64,000 bases of DNA from Octopus vulgaris (Eukaryota). Where the stretch lies: contig OX597815.1 of assembly GCA_951406725.2 (NCBI GenBank), positions 167,710,001-167,774,000 on the forward strand, read 5' to 3'. Shown here piece by piece: positions 1-13,227 of the stretch. Under the pieces are notes generated by a model. It was not told the DNA's origin, searched no databases, and worked only from the letters and a program-made list of their open reading frames with translations. The position numbers and the translations under genes were made by a program. Within the stretch, counting starts at the first letter, position 1, and each line of letters starts with the position of its first letter.

Positions 1-39
1 CCTTGTTTGTTTTCTCTGTTTAGCCCCTTGTGGGTAGTA

Positions 40-215
40 AAGAAATAGGTATTTTGTTTGCCGCTACCTTCTGAGTTCAAATTCTGCCGAGGTCGATTTT
101 CCCTTTCATTCTTTCTGGGTCAATGAAATAAGTATCACTTACGCATTGGGTCGATGTAATCGACTACCCAGCTCCCCTCAAATTTTAGGCCTTGTACCTC
201 CAGTAGAAAGGATTG
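40..215 (+). mobile_element. SINE family A copy (partial)
   Basis: Contains the family core TTCTGAGTTCAAATTC.GCCGAGGTCGA..TT.CCTTTCAT, which recurs more than 10 times in this window. Confidence 0.75.
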
Positions 216-1823
216 TTGTTGCTGATGTTGTTGTTGTTATTATTACTATTATGTTCGTATTTTTCTCCTCTTGGTACGCTAACAAATTTTCTCGATATGT
301 TAACAACATTGCTGACAATTTAAGGAGGTGCAAGAGGACTAGACTTCAAAGTGGTAGTGGCGAACCTGCGAAAATAGAGCACGTCTGTCAGCAGCTTCTT
401 GGGTATAACATTTTCTATCAATCAACGAATAAGATTGGCCAAGAAAAATCTGGAAAACACATAAAGGCATCAACACTAAAACTGTAATGAGTCCAGGAGG
501 AAGTATCATCGTGGTTTTTCGATCTTCTAGAAATACAATCTAAATCTTCTTCATACGATACTGAATGCACTTTAAAATGTGGTGAACACATTGAATAACA
601 TATAATCATGTCTAACAAAAATACTTCCCCGTTATAAAAATAGGAAATCCCGGTCATGGATATATTTTTGTGGTTTAGTTAAAGCCGACAGGGCACACTC
701 CTTAATTCTTTAACAGGATTTGGAGACTGATTTAAAAGGGAAATATTTTTTTAAAATACTGGAGATTTGGCTCGAATTCTTGCAAAATGCGGACTTCAAT
801 AAAAGCACTAAAGAATATGGTGTCGACGCTTAAATCAGGATTAAGACTATCACTCAGGTACGCAAGGATAACAACAAAAAGGGACTGGAGATGTTTGATA
901 GATTCAGGTCCTCAACTCTGCAAAAGGAATCATCGAAGATTTTTGTCGGAATTTTAGCCGATTTTGTAAATATGTCATTTTTAGGGTGTCAAATTTCCAC
1001 AAATTTCTAAAATTCTGAACACGATTACCAGGATGAAATTATTGCTGAATGAAAATGAATAATTTGAGATTTTGTTTTTGAAAGTGCCTGGCATTTGAAT
1101 TCGATTATCTTGTCACATCATATATTTGTGAAATCCACAACATGTTACATAGTTTAGTTACTAGCGGGTAAATCTGACTTGTGAGTAATCAATTTGGAAA
1201 AGTCGAAAGCATTCAACAGGGTCAGTCATCGATACATGAAAACTGTTCTACCAGCAGTCACTTTCAAGGCAATTTTTCAGCGGCTAGATAATCATTTTCA
1301 CAATTGTGACATTTTTACAGTGGTCCATGTATATGACCACATGTGGGACCTTTTCGGCATCTCGTGCTCTTTGTGACAACCATGTCTCTTCATTCATCAT
1401 TTTCTTTTTACGTACTGGCGCTAGAGTGTTTATTGAGAAAGTTGGAAACTATTAAAAACATCCACTTGAAAGGGCAGATACTAGTGAGATATTAGCATAT
1501 GCATTTGGGATGGCATTCGTGGTCTATCACTTATTCGAAAAAAAATGTGATGTGTACAAAGTAAGCGTATATGGTGAAATGTGTAAGACGGATAGTCAGT
1601 TAGAAAGGCAATTCCTTTTGAATGCTTATTTGTCGTTGAGCTAATAGTCCGTTTTAACTGTTTTAGGGGTACTTTGGTCAGACCTACCAAAAGGGAACTA
1701 GGATGAAGTGAGAGAGCAGAAAATTTCAAGTATCCGAGATGTAGCCAACATGTAAACTATGTGAAAAGTCTGGCTGCATCCGAAAAAATATATATTATGA
1801 AACAAAAATAAGCACAAAATTTA

Positions 1824-3047
1824 TTACACGAATCTGTTTCCACCACGACAGTCAACTATCTGACACCGAACACGAGTTTGATGTTGAATACATCTACGAA
1901 TTTTCCGCTCAGATAGCTATTCCCAAGACTGCAAGACGGCTTCGTGCAATTCATGCCTCGCTGTAGGGTTTTTCAGTTCAACTTTAATGGCCAAAACTTT
2001 GAAAATGCCTTCATCTAGTGGATTAAAATCCGGGTTTTGAGGCGGTTGTAATCAAAGTTGCACTGTCGGGTGACGAGCTATTACTTCGGCAATAGAAGCA
2101 TCCACATTGTTGACAATATGTGGTCTTGCATTGTCCATTTGCAATATGCGGATCCCATGTTCTTCACATCCAGTGTACGGCAGAAAAAAGCACCTTCGCA
2201 GCTTAAAGCTCTCCAATAAGGATCACCGCGTTGATGATATCGAGAGTTCCGTACATATTGTCTTTGTTCAGCAACTGGCCAAAACCCAACATAATAAATC
2301 GGTTTCAAATTTTGGCACAAGGCCAGCAGTTTCGGGGAAGGGGTAAATCGATTACATCGACCCAGTGTTCAACTGGTATCTATTTCGCTAACCCCGAATA
2401 GATGAAATACAAACTCGATCCCGGTGACATTTGAATTCAGAACGTAAATTTTCCACCAGGCGCGTCTCTGCTAATCACAGCGATAAACATAGCTTTAGGA
2501 ACATGACATGGTGGGTGTTCATAAATATGCGGTGATGTTGACCGTCTGTAAATCTTCTTGCTACCCCGAAATGTATGCCACCATTTTTCATCTAAGAAAC
2601 CTGTATGTGGTCTAACATTTGGATGTTCCTGACAAAACTGCAAACGTTTTTCCATGTTTAGGGCAGATAAAGGAGGTCTACTCACACGGCCTTGAGCACA
2701 AAATTTTAGAATATGCCTCATTATGTTTGCTGTACTGTTAGAGTATCCCAATTCTCTACCAAGTAGTCTACTGGTTGCAGTACGCCTTTCACGAATAGCA
2801 TTGATCATTCTTTCTTGCATAGCAGCATTTTTGACAAGGCTTGGTCGCCCAGAACGCTGTTTTGGCTGTATTGTTCCACAAAGAGTTGCATTTTATAAAT
2901 TTGCGCTGGTATATTGCGGTCTACTTGAAAGGCATTGCAAAGATCACTCACTGTTTCATTTGCGACCCCATCTTTAATTTGCTGGTAGCGTAGAAGTATT
3001 GCCAGTCTATCTCTCTCACTAATTTGTTCACCTCGCCTGCGAGCCAT
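1824..3047 (-). pseudogene. Tc1/mariner-superfamily transposase pseudogene, DD39D (plant-mariner/Guest-type)
   Basis: Joining minus-strand frames gives MARRRGEQISERDRLAILL..., FLDEKWW (D1), VPKAMFIAVISR..PGGK|VGFWP, LQMDNARPH (D2), QPPQNPDFNPLD (D3) and a C-terminal ...DCRGGNRFV*. There are 39 residues between D2 and D3. Frameshifts, stops and a 158-bp insertion disrupt it. Confidence 0.9.
2291..2448 (-). mobile_element. SINE A fragment inserted in the transposase, near-identical to 5333-5490
   Basis: 158 bp that differ from 5333-5490 at only 2 positions seen. No TSD. Confidence 0.9.
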
Positions 3048-5332
3048 CTAAAGTTAATAATGATTCTGCTAATTCCACGTGTAAACATGTGTTGAATAGA
3101 ACTCACTGAATGGATACTTCGTTTCTATAACTCAACCTAATAGCCGTGTATTGTTCCCTGTATTGTCTGGAATGCTTACCCTTCTGATGCTTTTGGAAAG
3201 TTTAAATGTCCTTGGTTGGATGCAAAGATATGAACTGAGATTATGATATCAGCTAAGTTTTCTTGAAGAAAAGCCGGAATCAAATTCGTTTATAAAAAAA
3301 TACTTCGTGGTTGAAATTTAGGGTAAAAAATAGACTAATCACGACAGCTTAGAATTCGGAGTGTTTGCAGACGCTCACACTGTTCTAAAGACTGGATGAC
3401 TACCTTCTGTGGTAAGACTACCTTCACATTCTAAGAGGTTTTAGAAGACATTAGTGATGATAACCCAATGCAAACTTTTCCACGGCTTTTTCTGATCGAG
3501 CAATATTTCGAATTCTACAAATAAGTGTCCTACATGTACAACTACAAATTTTAGTACTTGTCTGTTACAAACTGTGCTAGTACAGCGGAATATATACCAG
3601 AATTTATTTGGGATGGAATGAAGCGGACTAAAATATGATAGATTTAATCCGGTGTTCGTTTAAAGACCACCACTTGGACACTGAGTTGCTTTTAAATAAG
3701 TCCACTCTAGAGTAGACATTTGAGTCAGAATTCTGCTCTAAGAATAACCATGTCCCTTCTTTATTCTCTCAGTTGTACTCAGAACAGTTAGGGTCATTAT
3801 CATCCCTCTTCTTGATAAGCAACAGAAACAAAACGCATCAGATGTTTATTGCGGCAGAGCTTATACCCCTAAAAGTTCCCGTCGATATGACTAAAACAAG
3901 CTATCCTTGATACATCAAATTATATTGAAAAATTGCTGCGTTGTTTGATAGAAATTGCGATGTTCATCGGGTTCATGCTAAATCTTCTGCCGCCTTTCTT
4001 TGGTAAAACAGTTTTTTTCCAGCATGGTGGCTATGGTAAGGAGATATTGAGGTAGCCAAGTCGAAAAAGTTTATGGTCGGGTTTTTTCTCTCATCTTCCT
4101 CACCTATCATTTAATGTAGAAGGTGGTGATGGAGAGAGAATTTCCGACTTGCAATAAATTTCATGAAACCTTATGTTTTTTGTAGTGTTTTGATTTTCGT
4201 TTAACAAGATCAACTCTATGTGAGTAGGCCTATGATCAATGGCGTTTCAACCGTAACAACTCGTTTTTTATTATATTTAGGTAATATATATCTAAGGACT
4301 ATATTACCGACTATACATTATTTCTCCTTTAAGACATTAGAGTGTGAAATGAGGTCAAATTACTATTGTTGTTCTCACCAAAGGCTTGTTGCTACGGCTA
4401 TTATTGTTGGTTTTAAGAACATTGAACCATATTTTCACCGCTGTGGTTGCTTATGTGATCTTCAGTGATGTTATTATCACTATACTAGTCTAATGATTTT
4501 CTTTTAATAAGGTCTGACAATCCTCTTACATCAACTCGTGAGAAAATACCATCTTACCTTGTTTCGTATTCACTTTCATGTCTAAACTTTCAGAATAAAT
4601 TAATGATTTGTATAGCAGAAACACCGGAAATGACCTTTGCCTTATCCACACCCAGATATATAAACAAATAAAACCGTTTACTGCTAAAGATAAAAAAGAA
4701 CGAAGATTAATATTTTTTTAGTTTTAGTTTTACCGTTTATATAGCAGCATGTCATAATGCCATAAGATACTGATACATCTGTATACCTTACAGGTGTTTT
4801 GTTGGGGTGTATGCTTGTGTGTGTGTATGTGTGTGTGTTCGTGCGTGTGTGCGCGCGTGAATGTGACCGAGATAAATTGTATATCTGAAATATATACCAG
4901 AATTTTAATCATTATGGCTACAAAATAATTAAATATAGAATAGATTTTCTTCTCTTTGCTGATGTAAATCGGATCACCCATTCAAAATGATACTTAGAAT
5001 ATTGTTTCAGTGTATCAGAAATTAAGAGTACTTCTATTTTTATTCTGATTACATCAGCAAAACATAGCCTTTCATCGCACTTTTCGATGAAGAGGTGAAT
5101 GAATAACAAAATAAAGTTATGCCAATATAACACTTCTAGGCTCAGTGAGCTGAGATATGAGCAGCTTATTTAATTCTATTTTGCCTCAGTTCACCATACT
5201 GTGACAAATAAATACCAGAGTCTTTTACAATATAGCCTATCGTAGAATTGCTTTATATGCTCATTTGTTTCATCATGTAATACTCGAACTCAGCAGTGGT
5301 CATTGAAGGCCCTAAGTGAGTAAATTATAAGC

Positions 5333-5552
5333 ATAATAAATCGGTTTCAAATTTTGGCACAAGGCCAGCAGTTTCGGGGAAGGGGTAAATCGATTACATC
5401 GACCCAGTGTTCAACTGGTATCTATTTCGCTAACCCCGAATAGAGGAAATACAAACTCGATCCCGGTGACATTTGAACTCAGAACGTAAAAACTGACGAA
5501 ATACCGCAAAGCACTTTGCCCAGCAATCTAGCGTTTCTACTAGCTCGCCGCT
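5333..5552 (-). mobile_element. SINE family A copy
   Basis: Reverse complement of the family A core, including the head. Confidence 0.8.
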
Positions 5553-6345
5553 TTACAAGAATAACAAATTGCAATCTGACGTGGCATGATCTTAACTATC
5601 CAATTAATTCATCAAAATTATAGCTCTGATCTCGTAGGAGGCCAGCAAAAGATACAACCTCAGAGCTCCATCTTTTTTTTACACCAGTCAACCACTTGCT
5701 TTCGTCCGTTTTTTGTTCACAGTTCATTTCTTTATGTTGCTCATCACTCTACCCCTTGTGGTTTGCACAGACCTTTTAATATAGAAAATATTGTTTGGTT
5801 TTGTTTTGATTGTGTTTTTGCTTCTCCTTTAGATGTATGTTGCATTTCAAACAAATATAACATGGACCTTTACCATTTACTCTTTACATAACTACCACCA
5901 CACCCTTTTTTTACCAATAGCAGATTTAACCTTAACCCGCAAATATTACAAACACAAACGTTATCACGACAACCAGGCTCTACAGGAAGACACCAGTCTT
6001 ACTCACTAACACCACCAACACAAACATGACCACCTCAAACATGACCGCAACCCTGATATGAGTCTCATGACTTCTTATAAGATGTATCAGGCTTTCATGC
6101 CGTTGCCAAGTTTTGTTTGCTTCTACTGTCCACAACACAGCATTTGAAGGTAATATTTTTCTTTTATTAAAGCTTTCTATACTTCTTTCATGAATATGTA
6201 TACCCAATTTTCATACAACGCTGTTAAAAGAATATTGTTTTTTCTTTATATTATGATTTTGAATTCTCTTTATAAAGAATACAAAAGGATAACAATAAAG
6301 GAAACAGACCAAAAATTCTCCTCTTTCTGTCTCATATTCTCATAT

Positions 6346-6439
<94 letters not shown>

Positions 6440-6462
6440 AGTGTGTGTATATATATATATAT
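6346..6462. repeat. compound (TC)n(TA)n(TG)n microsatellite
   Basis: Direct reading. Confidence 0.95.
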
Positions 6463-9319
6463 AACCAAAAAATAAGCAACAAGAATGGATCGGTAGTTTA
6501 GTACAATTGTTTCATACTATAACAATTTATTAAAGCTGCAAATATTACGGCAAATATAATGTTAAGTAATCTTCAGCTAATTTCTTATAGGTTTTCCAAA
6601 CATTCTGGTGCATCTAAGTTAAATACCATATTCATTTGAATTTAAATTGTTTTGCTGAAATTATATATATATATATATATATACCTATCTCTTCTTGTAT
6701 CTCTTTCTCTCCACAGGAACATACAGTGCTTAAATATTCATACACACATAATGTTTGTATGTATGCAACAAAGGAGGAACAGAGTATTCAAAACTTGAGA
6801 GGAATGTTAAAATATTAAGATTTAATACACCCCAGCTTAGAGAACACATATTTTTCCATGAACTTCTTAGCTAAAGGATGTCTTTTGAAGCAAATAACAA
6901 TAAACCATCGCTAGTGATCTGTTCTGAAAGCATATGATAGTGATGTTTTGATCGTAATGTTTCAATGCAAGCCCTATATGAACAACAGTGCGACCATGGA
7001 GAGAGCTCAGTGTCCAAATATTTACTGACTTGTGAAGTGTTCAACAGCCGTATTGCGTGCATGATTTATTCGAATATCAGTCGAGCACATCGGGAAGATC
7101 AGCCCAACCATGATGTTTCAATGAAGAAGAGCAAGCAGCTTTCTTTAGTCTGGTGACGATTGTAGACAGTGTAGTGTGGTAGATACGAATGAATGGACTG
7201 GTAAAGGACTTACCTCTCCTGTCAAGACTTCAGTAATCTGTTTATGTGCAGCTTGGGGATTAAAGGTGAGATATTGCCCTCAGTAAATTTTCTGAAATGT
7301 AGGCCTAAAGCAGCGACTATGACCAAGTTTAATTGACTTGCACCCAATAGATGACTATAAACAGTGGCCGGAAACAGCGAAAGGGTAATTGCTCATTATA
7401 GCCGAGACCATCTATCCTCGCCTACTCAGAACAAATACTCTTTCACAGTTTCCTGTGAAATTGGATTGGGTTTTAGCCATCTCGTTATTGAATCCTAAGA
7501 AACAAATATGTATATAAACATTTTCTATTTATAATGTTTCATATGAGGAGATGCAATGTTTACCTCCTTTCCGTTGCTCTTTAGGTCGCTTAAGAAATTA
7601 TTTTCATAATTGTCGTTGTTGTTGCTGTTGTTATCTAATGCTGGACAGGTCGAACGTGTTTGTTTATTTTTTTCTTCATTCTGCTCCACGGAATAGTATT
7701 CTTCTGAAATTATCATGTACAGATGGCTTTAGAAAGGTTTCAGCCTACTTATATAGAGTTTAGACAAAGGAAAATAAGTTTGCCTACAAACAGAAAATTG
7801 GTTCCGAAATTTCCATGCCACTCCAGTCCGAACGGAAATTGATAATTAACAAAGCAATACAATTCACATACGCACACATACACACGCAAACACACATCAC
7901 ACACAATAGCAATTTAATTGCACAGCAATATATCCTATGCTGAGCACGAACAAATAGACAATACTTAGTAATCAATGTTATAATTTTGAATGTTTGTACA
8001 TGCCTGTGTAGCCACAGAAATAACCAGTATGATGGTGACATTTTACGAAGAATAGTTTGTCTCCACCTGACGAAAATGTATTGTCAGTCTATGTGCCTTA
8101 ATAAAAGAGAAATGAATTTTCTTATGTCTTTAGTCGAACAGGTGAAACAAACTCCCCTCAGAAGTACGATAGGAAGTTGTTTTCTTTCAGCTGTGTAGCA
8201 CTTACGGGATCATCTATTTAATTTTTAGACCGAAAACAGTCGCTAAACAGGTATAGATATTAAGGTACAAGCCCGACCATATACTTGTGCCTCGGCAATT
8301 AGAGTAAACAAATAAAGGTAACTATTAGGAACACTAGCAACCATATTGCTTTCGGATTTACCATTACTTTCGTATTGTTGTATAGGCGGATAATTGATGC
8401 AGAGCTAACGAAGTTTGTAATATGGTTATGATAGCTCAGAATTGAGTTTCGTTTATGAAAGGAAAGTTCATTTCAGTACTTTTGTTCTGGAGAACAGGAA
8501 AACTTAAAGGCGAGAATGTTGCCGTGAGTAACATAAATAGCAACAAAAGCAGTAGTCCCCAGGCTCAAGTACGCCACACATCAATGTACCGACGATAAAG
8601 AGAAAGGTCACCCATGTTTTCAATAGCCGACCAGGAGTCTGATGTACAACTCTCCAAACCAGGCGAACGGTTGATGAGAGGGAGAGATAAAGAAGAATGA
8701 TCAACTGCAGCAGCAACAACAAGAAGCTCTAATTTTAGATCCCCGAGAAGCTGGAGAATACATGATCTCGACCCCAGAAGCCGCAAAATGAGAGCTTCCT
8801 ACCTAGCCAACAGTATCTCTTCATCATCTTGTGACAATGGGGAAACAGTGGAAGCTGAAGATGGGGGGGGAGTCCAGGAAGAAAATGAAGATCTAGCAGA
8901 CAAACGTGAACCCTATCTATAGAGATATGTAAAACCCAATAGAACATCAGTAACAGCGACGACGAAAAAAGGAAAATTTACGGTCGTCTCGAAAGCTGAA
9001 CCAGTAATTCACAACCAAAAGAACCCATATGTGACGCAAAAATATTTAGCTTTCATATATTAATTTTCCAAAGTGAAATAGGGTTGGAATACAGGAGAGA
9101 CACCAGTTATTTATATCTTGATAATAATTATAGTAGTCTCAGCTTGAAGAGTGGCAAACGGAAAAAAAACGTGGGATGCCCTAAGATACCATTCCAAATA
9201 GTTTGTTTCATTTGCCTGTTGAGATTTTATCATACGTCCTACATTTTATGAGAATTTTGAAATTATTATTTTATATAACGTATCGCCCCAATCTGTTTAT
9301 ATCAATACTCAGCTTTGTA

Positions 9320-10000
9320 GGGAGGTGAGCTGGTAGAATCGTGAGCACGCAGGAGAAAATGCTTAGTGGCATTTCATCGTCTTTACGTTTTGAGTTCGAA
9401 TGCCACCGAGGTCGACTTTGCCTTTCATCCGTCTGGGGTTCAATAAAATAAAGTATCAAACAAGTACTGGTACCGGTGGTATATGCAGAAGCTTTCTCCA
9501 AACTTTGTATCTATTTTAGAAATAATTACTAATGGCAACAATCTGGCAAAATTGTTAGAGCGCCGGACAAATTGCCTAGGGTCATTTCTTGCAGTTCTTT
9601 ATGCTCTGCATTCAAATTCTGCTGAGGTTGGCTTCTTGCCTTTTATTCGTTCAAGCTCGATAAAAAGGGTTCTAGTTGAGCATTAGGCCGATATAATCGA
9701 CTTTTTCATTCCTCCAAAATTTTAGGTCTTAGCAGAAAGGGTTATTATTTTTAGGTGGTGATTCGCTGGTAGTGTTGTGGCGAAATCCTCACAATTTAAA
9801 AACGGTTGTGAGATAGTAGAATTGTTAGAGCATCGGAAAAACGCTTTAGAATATTTCTTCGAGTCATCTGAGTTCAAATTCCACCTGGGGCAACTTTGAA
9901 TTTTATTCCCTCCGAGGTTAATGAAATAAAGAACCAGTCAAGTTTTAGGGTTGATGCTATCTACTATCCCTTGCTTCCTTTGTGCTAAAATCTGAAATCA
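9320..10000 (+). mobile_element. three tandem diverged SINE family A copies
   Basis: The family A core occurs at about 9390, 9610 and 9870. Confidence 0.75.
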
Positions 10001-10304
10001 GCATTATTATCATTATCAAGTTTTCAACAATCTCATTCGAGTTTCTACTGCCTCATCAGTTTCATGTCTGTGAGGGCAGCACTGTGATTTTCGTCATATT
10101 ACTTCAATGATTCATCTGTTTTTGTTTGTCTTTTTTTTATAGAATATAGCCTTATGTGAATTGTCTTATTTCGTTGTGTTTTAGTCTGTCCTCTTAAGGT
10201 TATTTGAACTACATTATCTAACACGTCCTTTTATTATTTAAGAACTTAGGGTGGGATTTAGTGGAGCAGAATCTACTTTTCTCACGTTGAGCAACCATAT
10301 GGGT

Positions 10305-10769
10305 CAGTGACTCTCAACCGAGAGCCCTATACCCCCTAAGGGCCACGTGAAAAAAGTAGGGTATTTAGGATCACAGATGTTTCTTAGGAGGCCACACACA
10401 AATTTATTTATTTGCCAAATACACGATCACTTTGTCATAATCCTCATATTTCATATTTCTTTGTACTAATTCCAACAGCATAAATATTGAACATTAAAAG
10501 TTTATTACTCTGTACTATCTAGTTGCTAAAATACAAAACAATCACATAGAGCAATAAGCAGGTTTTTATGAACTTATTTGGCAACACTTGAAAACCAAAA
10601 GAATGTAACATTAGACGCCGTAAACTTGGTCACTAGCTTCCGTTCATCTGGGTGCATTTGATTTCTGTTACTGTTTGAAAAAACAGTAAGTTATGATTTT
10701 AATGTTTTATTCGCATTTCATTATTGAATGAGGTGAGTAAGCAACTGCTGCGTTTAGAGAAGACCATTG
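10305..10769. mobile_element. degenerate hAT-like MITE
   Basis: Starts CAGTGACTCTCAACC, similar to the 47096 MITE terminus. The right end (..GAGAAGACCATTG) is degenerate and no TSD is clear. Confidence 0.35.
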
Positions 10770-10969
10770 GTGTAGTATCTGGATCTAGACATTTAAACAT
10801 TCACTCTCATTCTCACTCACTCTCTCTTTTTCTCTGTCGCTCTCTTTCTCTTTGAATAATATATATATATATATATATACCTGATTGTGTATATGTACAC
10901 AGATACATATATGTATGTGTATTATACATACACAGATACATATATGCATATGTATTATGCATACATGCA

Positions 10970-11082
<113 letters not shown>

Positions 11083-11680
11083 GTGTATGTATATGTACAT
11101 GTGCGTGAATGTATATTCGTATACGTATATATGTTGTAGAGATCGTAGTGCTGGGGATAATTGTTGAACTAATGTCTATGGTAGAAGTGGGGATAGAAAC
11201 GATAGAAGTTAAAGCAGCCACTAATTCAATTCTTCCTCTTATATACCAACCAGCAATATCGCCGCCATAATTATAATTCAGAAAATTTTTTCTTCGGTAA
11301 CTTTTTCAGAAATATAGATTTTTATTTAAGGCCTTGTAAGCAAAAGCAGGCAGTCCTTTATCATCGTGACCAGATTATAATAAAACAGAACACATAGAAT
11401 TAGAGATATTTAATTTCAAAGTACAAGAAAGAAATGAGGATAGATAAACCACATATGGATGAAAAGCCGCCATGTATATTTTACAATGAGCATCCAATGA
11501 CCAAGTCCACTTTCCGTTTTCATATCAATTTCTTCCACACCTGAGCACTCAAAATAATGAGTTCGGAAGGCGTTTGTGAACGTTTCTTGTGAATGAATAG
11601 TTATGAAGAAGCTCATAAACTCCTGGTAATCAACATCTGAACATAAATATTTGTAGATTAACGAATTGGTTTTATTTATC

Positions 11681-12109
11681 GGATCTTTTCGGTTTGAACG
11701 GCAGTTTTTTAAAATAATTTCCACGTAACTAAACACTTTTAAACTTCGTATACTAGTAGAATGTGTTTATAAGACATCTTTTTCTCTTGGCTTTATTGAG
11801 AAAATTCTATAGTTTGTAAGATATTTGTTTTTTTCTTCAATTTCTGCAATTTCAACCAATCAATGACGTCTATTGAAGTGAAAACATTCTGTGCCGTATG
11901 AATATGTCCCTCGTGTAAGAAACAGATTGGGTTTATTTACATTTTCTGAAGAAAAAATTATACCCTTCCCCCACCCCTAACCCTAACTCTAACTAATCCT
12001 AATCCTAAAACAGATTGAAATGCAATAGATCGATACTAGGGTCATAATTATGGGTGACAATTTCATATGACACTGCTAGAAAAAACTGCCGTTCAAACCG
12101 AAACGATCC
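11681..12109. mobile_element. MITE with ~30-bp TIRs, 6-bp TSD and internal (CCCTAA)-like repeats
   Basis: Left TIR GGATCTTTTCGGTTTGAACGGCAGTTTTTT; right TIR AAAAAACTGCCGTTCAAACCGAAACGATCC. TTTATC is duplicated at 11675-11680 and 12110-12115. Confidence 0.9.
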
Positions 12110-12169
12110 TTTATCTGCTTATTGCTGGAATGCTACACATAGTTGAAATCAATATCTTTTTGAATACTC

Positions 12170-12586
12170 TTTTACTCTCTTTACTCTTTTACTTGTTTCA
12201 GTCATTTGACTGCAGCCATGCTGGAGCACCGCCTTTAGTCGAGCAAATCGACCCCGGGACTTATTCTTTGTAAGCCCAGTACTTATTCTATCGGTCTCTT
12301 TTGCCGAACCGCTAAGTGACGGGGAAGTAAACACACCAGCATCGGTTGCCAAGCAATGCTAGGGGGACAAATACGGACACACAAACACACACACACACAC
12401 ACATACATATATATATACATATATACGACAGGCTTCTTTCAGTTTCCGTCTACCAAATCCACTCACAAGGCTTTGGTCGGCCCGGGGCTATAGCAGAAGA
12501 CACTTGCCCAAGATGCCACGCAGTGGGACTGAACCCGGAACCATGTGGTTGGTTAGCAAGCTAGTTACCACACAGCCACTCCTGCG
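12170..12586 (-). mobile_element. tRNA-derived SINE family B (full length, internal CA/TA microsatellite)
   Basis: Minus-strand head GCAGGAGTGGCTGTGTGGTAA...GGTTCAGTCCC resembles Pol III A/B boxes. It matches 63470-63905. Confidence 0.85.
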
Positions 12587-13063
12587 CATTACATTTATCT
12601 TTTCTTTCTTTTCCATCTGCTTACAGTACGTTCAAATTGACATTCATTGGCTGTTCTACAAAACTGTAAAATTCGAAATTATTCGTCGTGTAGTGAATCC
12701 TCTTTGATCATACAATAGGAAGTCTTGGAAATGGAAATAGATTTTCTCGGGAATCACACATCGGAACAGATTCCAATATACATCTTTTACGCTAAAGTAC
12801 CGCTTTTATGATTCTTTCGCTTTATATGTTACTTCTTATGATATCTATTTTATCTTAATTTTCTCAGCCAATGAGTAGTAAATTTTATACATAACTGAAA
12901 GATTAAATGCTGTGGAAGTGCATTGAAATGACACGATAGTTCATCATTTTTTATAGGCAGGTAGCCCAACATGTTTCGTCAACTGTAATTTTCTAATGAA
13001 AGAGCTGAGGAAATAGTTTTTCGACGGGAGTCCTTTTTTGTGTGTGTATTTTACTTCACTGAC

Positions 13064-13227
13064 CCCGATAATTTGCCGCTCTTTTTCGTCCTCCCTGTTC
13101 TCTTCATTGGTGCAAGTCGATTGGGAGGGCATTATTCGTTGCGGCTAGGGATGGATTTTGGCTTCTGGCATTGAAAAGGAAATGAGTTTTGTAGCAATCC
13201 AAGGTGTTGTGATCTGTCGGAGATATT
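13064..13227 (-). other. candidate host exon (5' UTR plus first coding codons MPSQSTCTNEENREDEKERQIIG)
   Basis: Unique, more GC-rich stretch bounded on the minus strand by TTTGCAG| and |GTCAGT. The ATG at 13132 is open to the donor in phase 0. No recognisable homology. Confidence 0.2.

Noticed and set aside
7214-7291. Minus-strand coding exon bounded by TTTCAG and GTAAGT
   Set aside because: All three frames contain stops and there is no support beyond splice-like motifs.
8540-8940. GC-richer, coding-looking segment
   Set aside because: Plus frames contain stops and no motif is recognisable; probably a decayed TE fragment.
11970-12010. Telomere or chromosome-fusion relic
   Set aside because: Only a few degenerate CCCTAA units, lying inside a TIR/TSD-bounded MITE.
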